DNA of 64,000 nt, from NCBI GenBank assembly GCA_951406725.2, contig OX597821.1, positions 8,432,001 through 8,496,000 of the forward strand. The letters run 5' to 3'. Made by a program: the position numbers and the translations under genes. The stretch comes from Octopus vulgaris. Lineage: Eukaryota. The notes beneath the pieces are model-generated. The model was not told the DNA's origin. It saw only the letters and a list, made by a program, of their open reading frames with translations, and made no database searches. This document shows positions 50,607-64,000 of this stretch, one piece after another; position 1 is the stretch's first letter; every line of letters starts with the position of its first letter.

Positions 50607-51202
50607 TATAAAAAATAAAGGCTTTTTAAAGAAAAGCAAAGATATATACATACAATTAGAAGATTTGAGGTGGAATTATGAAGTATAAAAATCATTATTA
50701 TGAATCATTATAAAGGTTCAAAGCCATACCGGTATCGTCAGAGCTGATCACTGATTTTGAATGAACACCGATTTCCAAACGGTGTTGGTTCTATTAGTAC
50801 CTGGATACGTCTCAACCAACAACAAATCTCTGCCTGAGTGCTCCATGGTGTCCCGAAATAATTAACTAAAAGACTTTTCCAGATTGTGCTACTGAGTCCT
50901 GGGCCGATAATGAGAAACCATACACCATTCATATTCCAGTATTTATATCTGCCTTAATTGCATCACTTCCAGAACTGCTTACCTCCCTTACTTTTAATCT
51001 TTTCACTTAGATACCATTAGACACAGCACCTTTTGGGAATCGGTGTTCATTTAAAGTCAGTGATCACCTCTGACGATACCGGTATGACTGAATCTCTATA
51101 ACGATTCATAATAATGATTTTTTTACTTCATAATTTCACCTCAAATCAACTAATTGTATGCATATATCTTTGCTTTTCTTACAAAAGCCTTTATTTTTTA
51201 TA
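50607..51202. repeat. Fold-back element with about 175-bp inverted arms
   Basis: 50607-50784 is the diverged reverse complement of 51027-51202. Confidence 0.85.
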
Positions 51203-51248
51203 CCTATGGTGCATTTTCTTTGCTTTCTTTTTACTTTCCCCCTGTATA

Positions 51249-52527
51249 CGAGGGGCGTTCAATAAGTAATGCCCCTGACTCACTTGTCATAGCAGTAGAG
51301 CAACGAAACTTGGCACAGTTATTAGTCTTTTGCTACATAGGAACCGCCCAGAGTTACGCATTTCTCCCATCGTTTGATGCAGCTCTGGAGACCGTTTTGT
51401 AGAAGACCCCAGCTTGGTCCTCCAACCACGACGTGACTTCAGAAATCAAGGCTGTATCATCTGGGAAACACTTTCCTTTCAAAAACAACCTCATGGCTGG
51501 GAAGAGGTGAAAATCAGAGAGTGCAAGGTCAGGAGAGTTGGGGGATGGGGGAGGAGTTCATAGCCGCACGCCTGTGCTTCTGATCTGGCAACACCTGAGT
51601 TGTGGACCGGGGCGTTGTCCTGCAGGAGGAGGATGCCTTTGCTGATTTTGCCCCGCCTCTTGATTTTGATAGCTTCTCTTAATTTCCTCAAAAGTGAAGC
51701 ATAATAGGCTCCTGTAATTGTGGAACCCTTTGCCAGGAAACCTGTCATCACTATTCCGTCCTGGTCCCAGAAGACTGTGAGCATGACCTTACCAGCGGAG
51801 GGCTGCACCCTTGCCTTCTTTGGAGGAGGTGAGTCACGGTGCTTCCACTGCATTGACTGGGCTTTGGTCTCTAGATCATAGTGATGGACCCAGGTTTCAT
51901 CCTGGGTAATCAGTCTTTTGAAAAAGTTTGACTCATCTTCTTGGCACATCTCCAAATTCATCCTCGATACTCAACGCGTTCTTGCTTCTGGAAAGGTGTG
52001 AGCAACTTGGGAATACATCTGGCAGATACCTTTTGCATATGCAAATGGTCATGAATGATAGTTTCCACAGACCCGGTACTAATCTTGACCTCATAGGCTA
52101 TTTGGCGAATAGTTATGCGTCGATCTTCCAAAATGGCAGCCTCAACTTGACGGACAGATGCCTCATCAATGGCAGAAAGGGGGCAACCAGATCTGGGAGC
52201 TGTTTCCACAGAGTTCCGACCATGTTTGAATTCACGATGCCAAGGTCATATGATGGGGCATCATTACCATAGTTACTTTCATTTCATCAAAAGTCTCCCG
52301 TGGTGTGCGTCCTTTCAAATACAAAAACCGGATCACTGCTCGACACTCAACAGGCTCCATTTCACACTTGACTCAGTTCAAACACCTGAAAATCAGAAAC
52401 CACAATTAGTTCAGAGCTGTAATTTGCCACTTAATCTACAGAGATTGAAATGATTTCACATGCAAAATTTCAGCTAGATCAAATAATTGCAAGTGGGTCA
52501 GGGGCATTACTTATTGATCGTCCCTCG
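51249..52527 (-). mobile_element. Near full-length mariner (DD34D-type) transposon with frameshifted transposase
   Basis: TIRs CGAGGGGCGTTCAATAAGTAATGCCCCTGAC and GTCAGGGGCATTACTTATTGATCGTCCCTCG, TA flanks, 1279 bp; ATG at 52360; ITQDETWVHHY, SAGKVMLTVFWD, LQDNAPVH and HPP...SPDLA motifs. Confidence 0.95.
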
Positions 52528-52639
<112 letters not shown>

Positions 52640-53094
52640 TATATGCATATATACATATGTACATACATATATATACATACCCCCCCCCACACACGCATAT
52701 ATATATATATACATATATATATATGCATATATATATGTATAGTATAATTGGGGGAAAACCTCGTAAAGTGCAATTGAAAGCTCTTCTGCCGTTATTTGGC
52801 TACCAAATGTTATCCTACAGTAGGGTATATTCCAGGGCTGGATGCACATGCGGAACTTCTCTTTGCATAAGATTAATACAAAAATGATATAACTCGGGAT
52901 GGAGGATATCAAGTCTTAACAAAGGTTGCAATCTACTATTAAAGCCTGATAACCTCCATCCATGCGTTATAGTAATAACACACACACACACACACATTTT
53001 CTATCTTCCCTGTATGTTTATTTCCTATATTGTTAGGGTCTTTGATTTACCAAACGTGCATTTCTGAGCTCTACCCATATATCTTTGTGACTAC

Positions 53095-53478
53095 TACAGG
53101 GGAAGCACTCCATCGGTTACGACGATGAGGGTTCCGGTTGATCCGAATCAACGGAACAGCCTGCTCGTGAAATTAACGTGTAAGTGGCTGAGCACTCCAC
53201 AGACACGTGTACCCTTAACGTAGTTCTCGGGGATATTCAGCGTGACACAGAGAGTGACAAGGCCGGCCCTTTGAAATACAGGTACAACAGAAACAGGAAG
53301 TAAGAGTGAGAGAAAGTTGTGGTGAAAGAGAACAGCAGGGATCACCACCATCCCCTGCCGGAGCCTCGTGGAGCTTTAGGTGTTTTCGCTCAATAAACAC
53401 TCATAACACCCGGTCTGGGAATCGAAACCGCGATCCTATGACCGCGAGTCCGCTGCCCTAACCACTAGGCCATTACGA
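53095..53478 (-). mobile_element. tRNA-derived SINE
   Basis: On minus: TGGCCTAGTGGTTAGGGCAGCGGACTCGCGG...GGTTTCGATTCCCAGACCGGG tRNA-like head followed by about 300 bp of body. Confidence 0.85.
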
Positions 53479-54172
53479 CTACTACAACACATGTATAGAT
53501 TAGATTATCGATGTTCAAACATACTCGCTCTATATCTATCATGCGCTTTTCCTTTCATTGTTGTTACTATTTTCTCATTAAATATTATCTCGAAGGGAAT
53601 GTTTCGTTGGTTCATAGGAAAACTGTTATCGATTTTAAATCTTCGATTCTATAACTATATCCATCCTTAGATTATTGCCATATTCATAATGTTCAACTTT
53701 CAAGTTTTCTACCTTGGGAACTTTCTAATATTTAATTGAATTCATATTTTCATTGGTTTAGCTCTGGTTCGATTTTTGTTGGTTCATCTGTGTGTATGCT
53801 GAACTTTTATTTCCTAGCGTTTTTTACAATTATTTTTGTTTGTGCTGATTTCACAAGGTACATTCTTCTGATTTTTGTTGTGTTTGTAGTGTTAAAGCAA
53901 TTGTATTCGCTGTTTGCACGTTTCTTATTTGTTTTACCTCCTCAGCTACTCCTAGCAAGATATCCGTAGAGTCACAGTTACTAGATTAGATACCTGCTGC
54001 CTTGTGCTACCCACTCTGGTATTTTACTCTTCAGACGCTTGGCGCAAGTAGCATTCTATATTAATTTCATGCAAAATATACATCTTATATATACATATAT
54101 CTACAGCTACATATACATCCATACATACATGCATTGTATATACATACATACATACATACATACATACATACA

Positions 54173-54229
<57 letters not shown>

Positions 54230-54231
<2 letters not shown>

Positions 54232-55235
54232 CTTAAATAACTTAGAAAGGTTTTTGGCCAGTATTGGCCCAGGCCATGTCTAACTTAATAGCACCACCTG
54301 GCGAAGTCTTTCAGTTCAGGATTTGGGCACCAAGGCCCATTCGAGCAGAGAGTTATTGTTTGCGGAGACATATCCGGGTGTGGATGGTTTGTCCGGTACT
54401 GTTTGAAGGAATTTGTCCAAAGACTTCTTGAATTTTGTGTGGTCAGTTTCTTTTTTGACGTGTCCTGGTGTAATGTTGAAGAGAGCGGGTCCAATTGAGG
54501 TGAAATAGTTGTGCCGTATTGTCGTTATGTGATGCGATTTAGATTTTTGTTGTGGACGGATGGCACGTGGTCCAAGCCTTGGATGCATTTTGAAGGTGAT
54601 GCCAACATCATTCGGACAGTGCTGATGGAATATTTTCCACATCATACAGATAATGTAGCGTTCACGGCGTCGTTGGAGTGAATACAATTTCAGCTTCTCT
54701 AGTCTACCCCAGTAGTCAAGGTCTGACATGCCATCTATCTTTTTTGTGATTGACCTTTGGGGAGCTTCAATTCTCATAATATTTTGTTTTGTGTAGGGAG
54801 ACCACAGTGGACAGCAGTATTCAAGGTGGGGTCGGGCAAAAGTGGAGAAGAGAAGGATAATAGCGTGGGAATCTCTCGACTGGAAGGTTCTGAGAATCCA
54901 GGAACACATTCTGCGGGCCATGTCAACTTTGCTGCTTATATGTGTAGCCCAGCTTATGTTGTTGTCCACTGTTACTCCCAGGTCTCTGATGTTGTTGGAT
55001 GCCATGAGAATTTCTCCAGAAGGAAGAGAGTATGGGAGTTTCAGAGCGTCCTCCCTTCCAAAGTGGATCAGTTCGAATTTGTCTTCATTTAGCAACATGT
55101 TATTCTTTTCCGCCCATTGGACAACAGCCGGTAGGTCTGACTGAAGGTTTATTCGGTCATCCACGCCATTGATGACCTTCTGGAGCTTGGAATCATCAGC
55201 GAAGGTTCTGATGTTGCTGTGTTTGATGGTGTCAG

Positions 55236-55238
<3 letters not shown>
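54230..55238 (-). mobile_element. 5'-truncated CR1-group LINE with an open RT C-terminal frame
   Basis: FADDSKL...LQSDL...LNEDKF...RDLGV...RPHLEYCCPLWSP...LYSLQRRRER; open to the stop at 54316; short 3' UTR; (TA)n on both sides. Confidence 0.92.
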
Positions 55239-55311
<73 letters not shown>

Positions 55312-55942
55312 CTATGGTTGCAGAACAAATAAAATACAAGGTCATCCACGTAACATTTCATATCTCGAACATTTAATCATAGAATATACATGTATAACAT
55401 CACGGAAGATGAAACATAACTCATCAGTACAAGCATATAAGAAAATGCGAGAAAAATGTGTGAATACAGTTCATAACGGTTAAAATATATATTAAATTAG
55501 AGATAAAACCACTATTTTGGATTTACTCCCTAATATTATTATATATATATATATATACATATATATGTCAGGTAATTTACGCTACTGGTATCACGTAACT
55601 CAGTACTACCTGTCGCATGGTCGGGTCGTCGGCGACTAAACCGGCTTCCCCACCAATTCCACTTGGTGAGGAGGATGTGTATTGGCCACCCTGCAGGACT
55701 AAAAGTAAGACCTGTTAAAGGGCAGAAGAACTCTTAAGAGCCAACGGCCATCCAATTATTATATGTACATATGTATATAGTTGGCTGAATTGTGGATGTG
55801 TGTGCCAGGTGAACTGTGGGTGAGTGTTTGGCGTGTGTTTGTGTATACATATATATATTGATATATATTTATTTACATTTTTAATTCTTGCTTATATGTC
55901 TGTATATTGCATGTACGTGTTTTTCATCTTTGAGAGAACTAT

Positions 55943-55990
<48 letters not shown>

Positions 55991-56039
55991 ATTTGTACTT
56001 CTTTTATTTGATTTGATTTGTGTGAATTTGTGGATGTAG

Positions 56040-58830
56040 TTAAATGGGTAGATGGAGCTCCTAAGTTTAATAAAGCTGTGGGGAAGGCAATCTGCCTAGG
56101 AGAAGGTAACTCCGAATTCAAATCCTTCACTGCTGTCTTGCTGTTAGCCTTTGGTTGGGCAAAGCCTGGGAGAAGGACACTGATATAAATCCACTGGAGA
56201 AGTTAAACTCCAGGATAATAAAACATACGAACTCCATAATCACCCAGTCATCTTGCCTTGGTTTGTTACCGGATATCAGATTTTGGGGGTGGACTGGGTG
56301 CTATACCTGTTATACAAGCGTGTGGCATTGATATTTAAATGTACAAATATCTCTTCAAGTCCCACGGCGATGGAATAGTGGCGACATGTGCAGGCCTAAC
56401 GGGCTGGGAGCACATAGTCATGAATCTGCACGTGGACGGCTCAGGGCCCATCTAATGTCGCTGCATTGTTGAAAGAACAGCAGCATGTCTCGGCGAGGTC
56501 GAGAGCGTCTGAGCAGCCCTCTCTAGGGTAGCACTACTCACCCAGAAATCTGGGAAAGGTCTAGAAAAGATGACCCAAACAAATGCCTGTTCTACCATCA
56601 AGCTGGTCAGCAACCTTCAGCTCACGGCTGTTCACTACAGTAGGAGGAATATAAAGAGAAAACATGCAAGCAAGAAATATAGATTATGGGTTGGTCTATG
56701 GAATGTCAGGACACTTCTTGATCATGAAGGGTTAAGTAACCCTGAACGGCGAACTGGCATAATAGCCAAGGAGTTGACTCAGTATAACGTTGACATTGTT
56801 GCACTCTCTGAAACTCAATTGACAGAAACAGGTGCTGGATACACTTTCTTTTGGAACGGTAAGCCAAAGGGTGAAAACGAGTAGGGGGTGTCGGCTTTGC
56901 CATTCGTACCTAGTTAAACCACAAAATAGAACAATCTGATGGTTTCAGTGGTAGGATTATGTATCTCCGAGTTTCTCTATCATGCAATCGTTTAATGACT
57001 GTTATCTCTGTTTATGTTCCTATTCTTGATAGCAGCAATGAATCTATTATGGCTTTCTATGAAGATCTCAGATCGGTTATGATTTCGATTCCAAATACAC
57101 ATAAGATCCTCCTTCTAGGCGATTTCATCCCGAGTTGGATACGATTATGAGGTGGGATGCACTAGGGAAACATGGTTTGAGCAAAATGAACGCTAATGGT
57201 CTCCGTCTTCTTCAGCTCTGCACTGAACTTGATCTCATTATCTGCATCACTGTTTTTCATAAGAAGGATATCCATAAAGCTATCTGGACGCACCTAAGAT
57301 CAAAACGTGGGAACATTCTTGAGTACCTTATCACCAGGAAATGAGGCCTTCCAGATGTTTGCACTGTCCGAGTCATGCGAGGTGCAGAATGTGAGACTGA
57401 CCATATGCTCATACGCGGTAAACTGAAACTCCGCATCATGCGTAGAATATGATTTGGATGAATAAAAGTCCCTAAACGTAATGTTATTGGGGAAGCAGAA
57501 TTTGATGGAACTTGGGCTCAGTTTAAGACCACTATTTACAATGTTGGAGTTGAGATTCTTGGTCTCAGAAACAGAAAACTTTGGTACTGTTTTGATGAAA
57601 ACGATCTACAGATCAGTAAACTTCTTGAAGATAAATATAAGTTGCGCCAAAAATACCTCGGTGCCCCAGATGAGGATAAAAAGCTCTTACAGCAATCTCC
57701 CAAAAGGATAAAATCATCACTCCAAAGAAAGATACGACAAATGTAAAACAAATGGCGGTCGGATATTTCTGAAAAAAATCCAGGAAGCGTATAACAGTAA
57801 AGACCTGAGAAAAAGTAAATCACATCATCGGACAAATGTTTGATCCTCAGTTTCATTTATGGTACCACTCAAGTCTAAAGACAGCTGCTTTCTCTTCAAG
57901 GATCATGAGGTTATCATGAAGCGTTGGGCTGAGCACTTCCCCGATCTCTTTTATAATCCTTCAGTTATTGATGAAAATGTCATCAGTAATATGCCACAAA
58001 AGGATATCATTCATGAGATGATAGAACATCCAACTATAGGTGAGATCAAAAAGACAATCAAAGAATTAAATACTGGGAAGGTACCAGGTCTTGACGGTAT
58101 TCCTGTTGAAATTCTCCTCTACGGGAGTAATAGGCTTGCTGTAGAGATCCAGCATCTAATATCGGACATCTGGTTGGGTGCTCCTGTTCCCCATCACTGG
58201 GCTGATGCTATTCTAATTTCATTGTTCAAAGGAAAAGGATTCAAATCCGAGTGTGGCAATTACAGAGGTATAAGCCTGCTTAAAATAGTCGGTAAGGTTT
58301 TTGCAAAACCTTTACTTAATCCGCTAGCAATGTGGATATGCACCGCTGTCATTCTGGAGAGTTAGTGTGGTTTTAGATCAAGTCGTGGCACAATGGACAT
58401 GATTTTTCCTGCTCGTCAACTCCAGGAGAAATGCATCGAACATCGCATGGCTCCTTACCAGGTATTTGTCGATTTAACAAAAGCCTTCGATACTGTTAAT
58501 AAGACCGTTCTCTGGACCATTCTTGGTAAACTTGGATCTCCACTTCAATTTGCCAACCTGTTTAAGCAACTTCAAAGTGATATGAAAGCTCGTCTTAACT
58601 TCAATCGATCCCTATCAGAACCAATTTCCATCCATAACGGAGTTAAGGTGATATTGCTGCTCCAACACTTTTTTCCATATATTTTGGTGTAACTATCTTA
58701 TATGCTTCCCAAGACTGTAATATCGGCGTCTATATCGCTTCAGAACCACAGGTAAGGTATTTGATGTTAAACGCTTTAATGCAAAGTCGAAGACATTCCA
58801 GGCCCTTGCTCGAGAGCTCCTTAATGTTGA
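56040..58830 (+). mobile_element. Degenerate RTE (BovB-like) LINE: 5' UTR, endonuclease and RT, truncated near the YADD region
   Basis: VGLWNVRTLLD...PERRTGIIAKEL...DIVALSET, GAECETDH, GKVPGLDGIPVE, CGNYRGISLL, ARQLQEKCIE and FVDLTKAFDTV; many stops. Confidence 0.92.
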
Positions 58831-58942
58831 GGTAGTGAAAAAGAAGCAAGATATGAAGAATTCTTCATCTCAGAAATACAGAATTATGTGTGTGTGTGTA
58901 TGTGTGTGAGTGAGTGTGTGAGCATGTGTGTGAGTGAATGAG

Positions 58943-58985
<43 letters not shown>

Positions 58986-59323
58986 GTCCAACTATTTCAT
59001 TCTGTGAGTTTATCTCGTTTAGCTTGCTGTGCCCGAATCCCGTAAATATCACGAGGTTCGTGCTCTTAATGGTTTTCTGTTAAATTTGCTCTTAATGGCC
59101 AGTGCTATTTTTCACCCTAATTTATTAATTCCTTTATGATTTTTAATTGCTAACGAGCTACGTATATTATAATGTATTTAATATATCTTAATATATTAAC
59201 GTATCATTATAATATCTTATTGCATTGGTTATATATATAGATAACAAAGTAAAATTGTAAGGTACCGCACGAGTGGAAATATATATGAAAAAAGGTTTGA
59301 AAATGCAATTTTAAAGATGTTTA

Positions 59324-59372
59324 TTCACTTGACCGGTTTCACTTTTTTAGAAAAAGATTGTCAAAAGTAAAA
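59324..59372 (-). ncRNA. Candidate minimal type I hammerhead ribozyme (U3-A8 core variant)
   Basis: Minus strand: tttactt TTGACAA t-cttttt-cta-aaaaag-t GAAA CCGG TC aagtgaa, giving a 7-bp stem I, 6-bp stem II, palindromic minimal stem III and GUC site. Confidence 0.55.
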
Positions 59373-59557
59373 TGTAAAGCTTTGTATAAGCTTTGCTGTG
59401 TTTAGTATTGGTTATCACAAAAGTATTAAAAAACAGAAACACATTCGTTGATAATATTAAGAAAATACTAAAAATAGTTTACAAGAAAGTATTTAAGAAA
59501 GTAATCAGAACGGGACTTCAAAAATTAGAGTTCCATAAAAATCATGTTTGTTTGGTA

Positions 59558-59624
<67 letters not shown>

Positions 59625-59894
59625 GAAGGAGATATGTTTAAGAATTTACAAAATATTGTAGAGGAATAACTGACGTTTCTGACATGTTCTCTTGTGTGCA
59701 GCTAAGGAATGCTTGCTATCTAAAGGGACAGTGTGGGAGGTTGGTTGAGGGGGGAGGCAGTGCAATGCGGAATTAACGGGATTTTTTCTGTTCCGGGCTA
59801 GTCTGTCGTGGTTCAGTGGTTTTTGGGACTGGTCTTAGCGGTCAGAATAGCGTGAGTGTGTGTGTGTGTATATATATATATATGTATGTATATG

Positions 59895-59937
<43 letters not shown>

Positions 59938-59941
59938 ATAC

Positions 59942-59974
<33 letters not shown>

Positions 59975-59983
<9 letters not shown>

Positions 59984-60334
59984 CTTTTCGCAGGAAGGAA
60001 AGTTTTCTTGTCGAAGATACGTCTCGCTTTTATCCTTCGAAACGTAGAGTAGATGAAACCTTTAGCGACTGAAGAAGGGGTTTGATCTTTGTGTTAATTG
60101 TCCTGTACCAACTAATTTTTTGCTATTTTAAAAATAATGTCCAGTTCCTTTGGTTTGTGTCTATGTTTTCGTTTCTCATTGTGTTCGACGTCCTTTTGGT
60201 GTCCTGTACTCATATATGCGTGTATATGTACATGTAGAGGTAGGTACGTACATATATGTTTATATATATGCATATGTTTTATTTTATTTATTAATATATA
60301 TATATATATATATATATGCATGCGTATCTCTCTC

Positions 60335-60395
<61 letters not shown>

Positions 60396-60750
60396 AGTAT
60401 ACATGTATGAATAAAGCAAAGTGAGCGATTACGATTTTTGATTATAAGCATTAAATCAAATTGTACGCTTTACAAGCAAGAAACGAAGATATATATATAT
60501 AACTTCAGAAAATCGTGCCTTTCGAAACACGTGTAGAATGAAATAAAACGATTTCTGTTCAATCTTCGTTCAACTCCATTTCTTCAATTCACTAAAAATA
60601 TTAAAATTCAATTATCCGCACCAACGCACGGTTGCAACACCATATGGTTGTACCTCCAACCGTGCTGTCTTCTGCTGTGATCTTTGCTACCAAGGTATCG
60701 GTTAAACTTTTGATTAATCTGCAACAAGATTATTCATCTTTCTATTTCAC

Positions 60751-60821
<71 letters not shown>

Positions 60822-61168
60822 CTTTTCGCAGGAAGGAAAGTTTTCTTGTCGAAGATACGTCTCGCTGTTATCCTTCGAAACGTAGAGTAGATGAAACCTT
60901 TAGCGACCGAAGAAGGGGTTTGTTCTTTGTGTTAATTGTCCTGTACTCTATTTTTTTGCTATTTTTAAAATAATGTCCAGTTCCTTTGGTTTGTGTCTAT
61001 GTTTTCGTTTCTCATTGTGTTCGACGTCCTTTTGGTGTCCTGTACTCATATATGCGTGTATATGTACATGTAGAGGTAGGTACATACATATATGTTTATA
61101 TATATGCATATGTTTTATTTTATTTATTAATATATATATATATATATGCGTATCTATCTCTCTATCTA

Positions 61169-61262
<94 letters not shown>

Positions 61263-61382
61263 AGTATACATGTATGAATAATGCAAAGTGAGCGATTACG
61301 ATTTTTGATTATAAGCATTAAATCAAATTGTACGCTTTACAAGCAAGAAACGAAGATATATATATATAACTTCAGAAAATCG
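59975..61382. repeat. Recent direct duplication of about 550 bp (59975-60515 and 60795-61382)
   Basis: Near-identical copies differing mainly in microsatellite length. Confidence 0.9.
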
Positions 61383-61779
61383 CCTACACGATTGAGCAAC
61401 GCTTCACCCAATGAGTATTTTTGCCAAATTTGGTGAAAATCTGTTCGGCCGTTTCCAGTAATTTTGCATACACACAAACAGAGAAAGACGAGTGATTACA
61501 ATACCCTGCTTTCGCTTACACGCACAGGGTGATGATAGTTTATTACCTTTCCACTATGGACACAAATTTTAAAATTTGGACTGGAATAGACGATTATACC
61601 GACCTCAGTGTTCGACTGTTATTTACTGCATCGAATCTGAATAGATGAAAAGGAAGTTCGTCCTCGGTGAAATTTGAACTCAGAATATAAAGCCGTAGGA
61701 AATGTCTTATCATTTTATCTGGCGTGCTAACAATGCCAATATCTCGTCTCCTTTACGTTAATAATAATTTCTACTAAAG

Positions 61780-61941
61780 GTACAAGGTCTGAAATTTTGT
61801 GGGAGAGGACTAGTCAATTCCATCGACACCCGTGATTTACTGGTACTTATTTTGTCGACCCCAAAAAATGAAAAGCAAAGTAGATCTCGACGGGATTTGA
61901 ACTCAGAACGTTAAGATTATCTCGCCACCTTTATAATACTT

Positions 61942-61993
<52 letters not shown>

Positions 61994-62055
61994 CAACAAT
62001 AATAATGTGTGTGCGTACGTATTTGTGTACACACACATATACACACACATATACA

Positions 62056-62103
<48 letters not shown>

Positions 62104-63009
62104 GACGCATACAAACTCGTCCTACCATTGTATTTTTAGAGGTATGAAACTAATACATACATACATACATACATACATACATACATACATACACACATAC
62201 ATACATACATACATTCAGTTCAATATAGATTCGACATGTGTAAATACATTAAAGATAACCACAATAAATTAATGAATTACGCATGTATTTCATTACATAT
62301 TTGCGTAATTTAATATGCAGGTATTTCATGTTCTTTTTTCCCCGCTTTATTCGGTTTCAACCATATTTACATTACATCACATCTTGGAAAATTGAAATTA
62401 TTAAATTTGCTCTGTATTGAACGCGAAAGTAAAAATAACAAAACTTACAACAAACTGGCCAAAGACTTGTTCTCTTCCGAATTAGTTAACGGTGTATAGT
62501 AAATGCCCACACACGCACACACACGCACACACACACAAAATTTGGACACACACGCGCACACACCCTAACACACACACACACATACACACACACACAAATA
62601 CACAAATATATAATCATTAACGTCGTAAAACTTCATAAACTTCCGAGAGAACGTGAAATAATTCTGATTTTGTATATTGGCTTTCGAAGCACACAACAAC
62701 ATTTACATGCTATTATTTATAGCTTTATGTGATGTGCTCTGAGAACCAATATTCAAAAATGTATGTACAAGGTCTGAAATTTATGTGGGAGAGGACTAGT
62801 CAATTCCATCGACACCCGTGATTTACTGGTACTTATTTTGTCGACCCCAAACAGCTTCAAATTTCGAATACTGGTAGAATTTCTCACGTAGGACACGGTT
62901 TACTCTGAACGTTTTTGACAAAATTTCGTATTTCAGAAGTTATTTCATGTTAAAGCTGTCGTATTTAGGTAATTTCCACCAATCAACGACGTGTGTTCGG
63001 TTGAAGTAA

Positions 63010-63055
<46 letters not shown>

Positions 63056-63091
63056 CAACAATAATAATAATGTGTGTGCGTACGTATTTGT

Positions 63092-63125
<34 letters not shown>

Positions 63126-63632
63126 TTTTCTCAAAAAATACACGTTTCAAATGCCTTATTTACAACTATGATATGTATTGTTATTATCATGAAACTAATA
63201 CATACATACATACATACATACATACGTACATACATGCATACATACATACATACATACATACATAAATACATACATACATACAAACATACATACATACATA
63301 CATACAGTTCAATATAGATTCGACATGTGTAAATACATTAAAGATAACCACAATAAATTAATGAATTACGCATGTATTTCATTACATAGAATAAAGTGGT
63401 GACATTTAGTAGAGATGACCCAGAAGTTGTTCGTCTTCGATTACTATCGCAAATACACGCTTTATTCGGTTTCAACCATATTTACATTACATCACATCTT
63501 GGAAAATTGAAATTATTAAATTTGCTCTGTATTGAACGCGAAAGTAAAAATAACAAAACTTACAACAAACTGGCCAAAGACTTGTTCTCTTCCGAATTAG
63601 TTAACGGTGTATATAAATGCCCACACACACAA

Positions 63633-63700
<68 letters not shown>
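61780..63700. repeat. Tandem duplication of about 1 kb (61780-62600 and 62765-63700) with indels
   Basis: Same ordered blocks in both copies: SINE C piece, (AAT)n, (CA)n, (TACA)n, CAGTTCAATATAGATTCG..., CGCTTTATTCGG...GGTGTATA. Confidence 0.85.
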
Positions 63701-63701
<1 letters not shown>

Positions 63702-63756
63702 GATATATATACTATTGAACCTTGCAAACCAAATGCAAATACAAACTATATATATA

Positions 63757-63878
63757 TATTCTTTTACTTGTTTCAGTCATTTGACTGCGGCCATGATGGA
63801 GCACCGCCTTATTCTTTGTAAGCCTAGTACTTATTCTATCGGTATCTTTTGCCGCACCGCTAAGTTACGGGGACGTAA
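63757..63878 (-). mobile_element. SINE family A 3' fragment
   Basis: Matches the tail region of 182-350 with an internal deletion. Confidence 0.8.
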
Positions 63879-63882
63879 AATG

Positions 63883-63951
<69 letters not shown>

Positions 63952-64000
63952 ATTTATTACATTTCAATTACCAAATTTTTTAATTAATTTTTTTTAACTA

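Noticed and set aside
53400-53478. Possible tRNA gene (also the heads at 23933, 26680 and 43443)
   Set aside because: The tRNA-like boxes run directly into repeated SINE bodies, and I could not build a complete cloverleaf with a terminator.
54316-55164. 282-aa ORF as a domesticated host gene
   Set aside because: It starts mid-RT at a (TA)n junction, has no evident splice acceptor or start context, and ends in a LINE-type 3' tail.

Overview
AT-rich, microsatellite-dense eukaryotic DNA whose SINE and LINE content looks like a coleoid cephalopod (Octopus-like); the organism is inferred from repeat style only. Most of the window is decayed mobile DNA: tRNA-derived SINEs, RTE, Tx1 and CR1-type LINEs, Tc1/mariner, Helitron pieces, a Gypsy-type LTR with PBS, and Penelope-like fold-back ends, some with hammerhead-like motifs. 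Host gene content read from the sequence: (1) a + strand, probably terminal exon (7052-7933) of an unidentified basic, Pro-rich protein; (2) a candidate minus-strand promoter and first exon near 12.1-13.1 kb with an in-frame stop; (3) a two-exon minus-strand GT32 (DxD) glycosyltransferase (25961-25322, 20685-20207) whose conserved YGG is replaced at the splice junction; (4) a minus-strand secreted 10-Cys prokineticin/colipase-fold peptide gene (signal exon 43512-43452, mature exon 39196-38957) whose signal exon ends in TAG exactly at the donor. The strongest leads are that donor-adjacent UAG (nonsense allele, alternative donor, or A-to-I recoding), the altered GT32 junction, and a minimal hammerhead candidate with a U3-A8 core at 59324-59372. 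All alignments were done by eye and no database searches were run.
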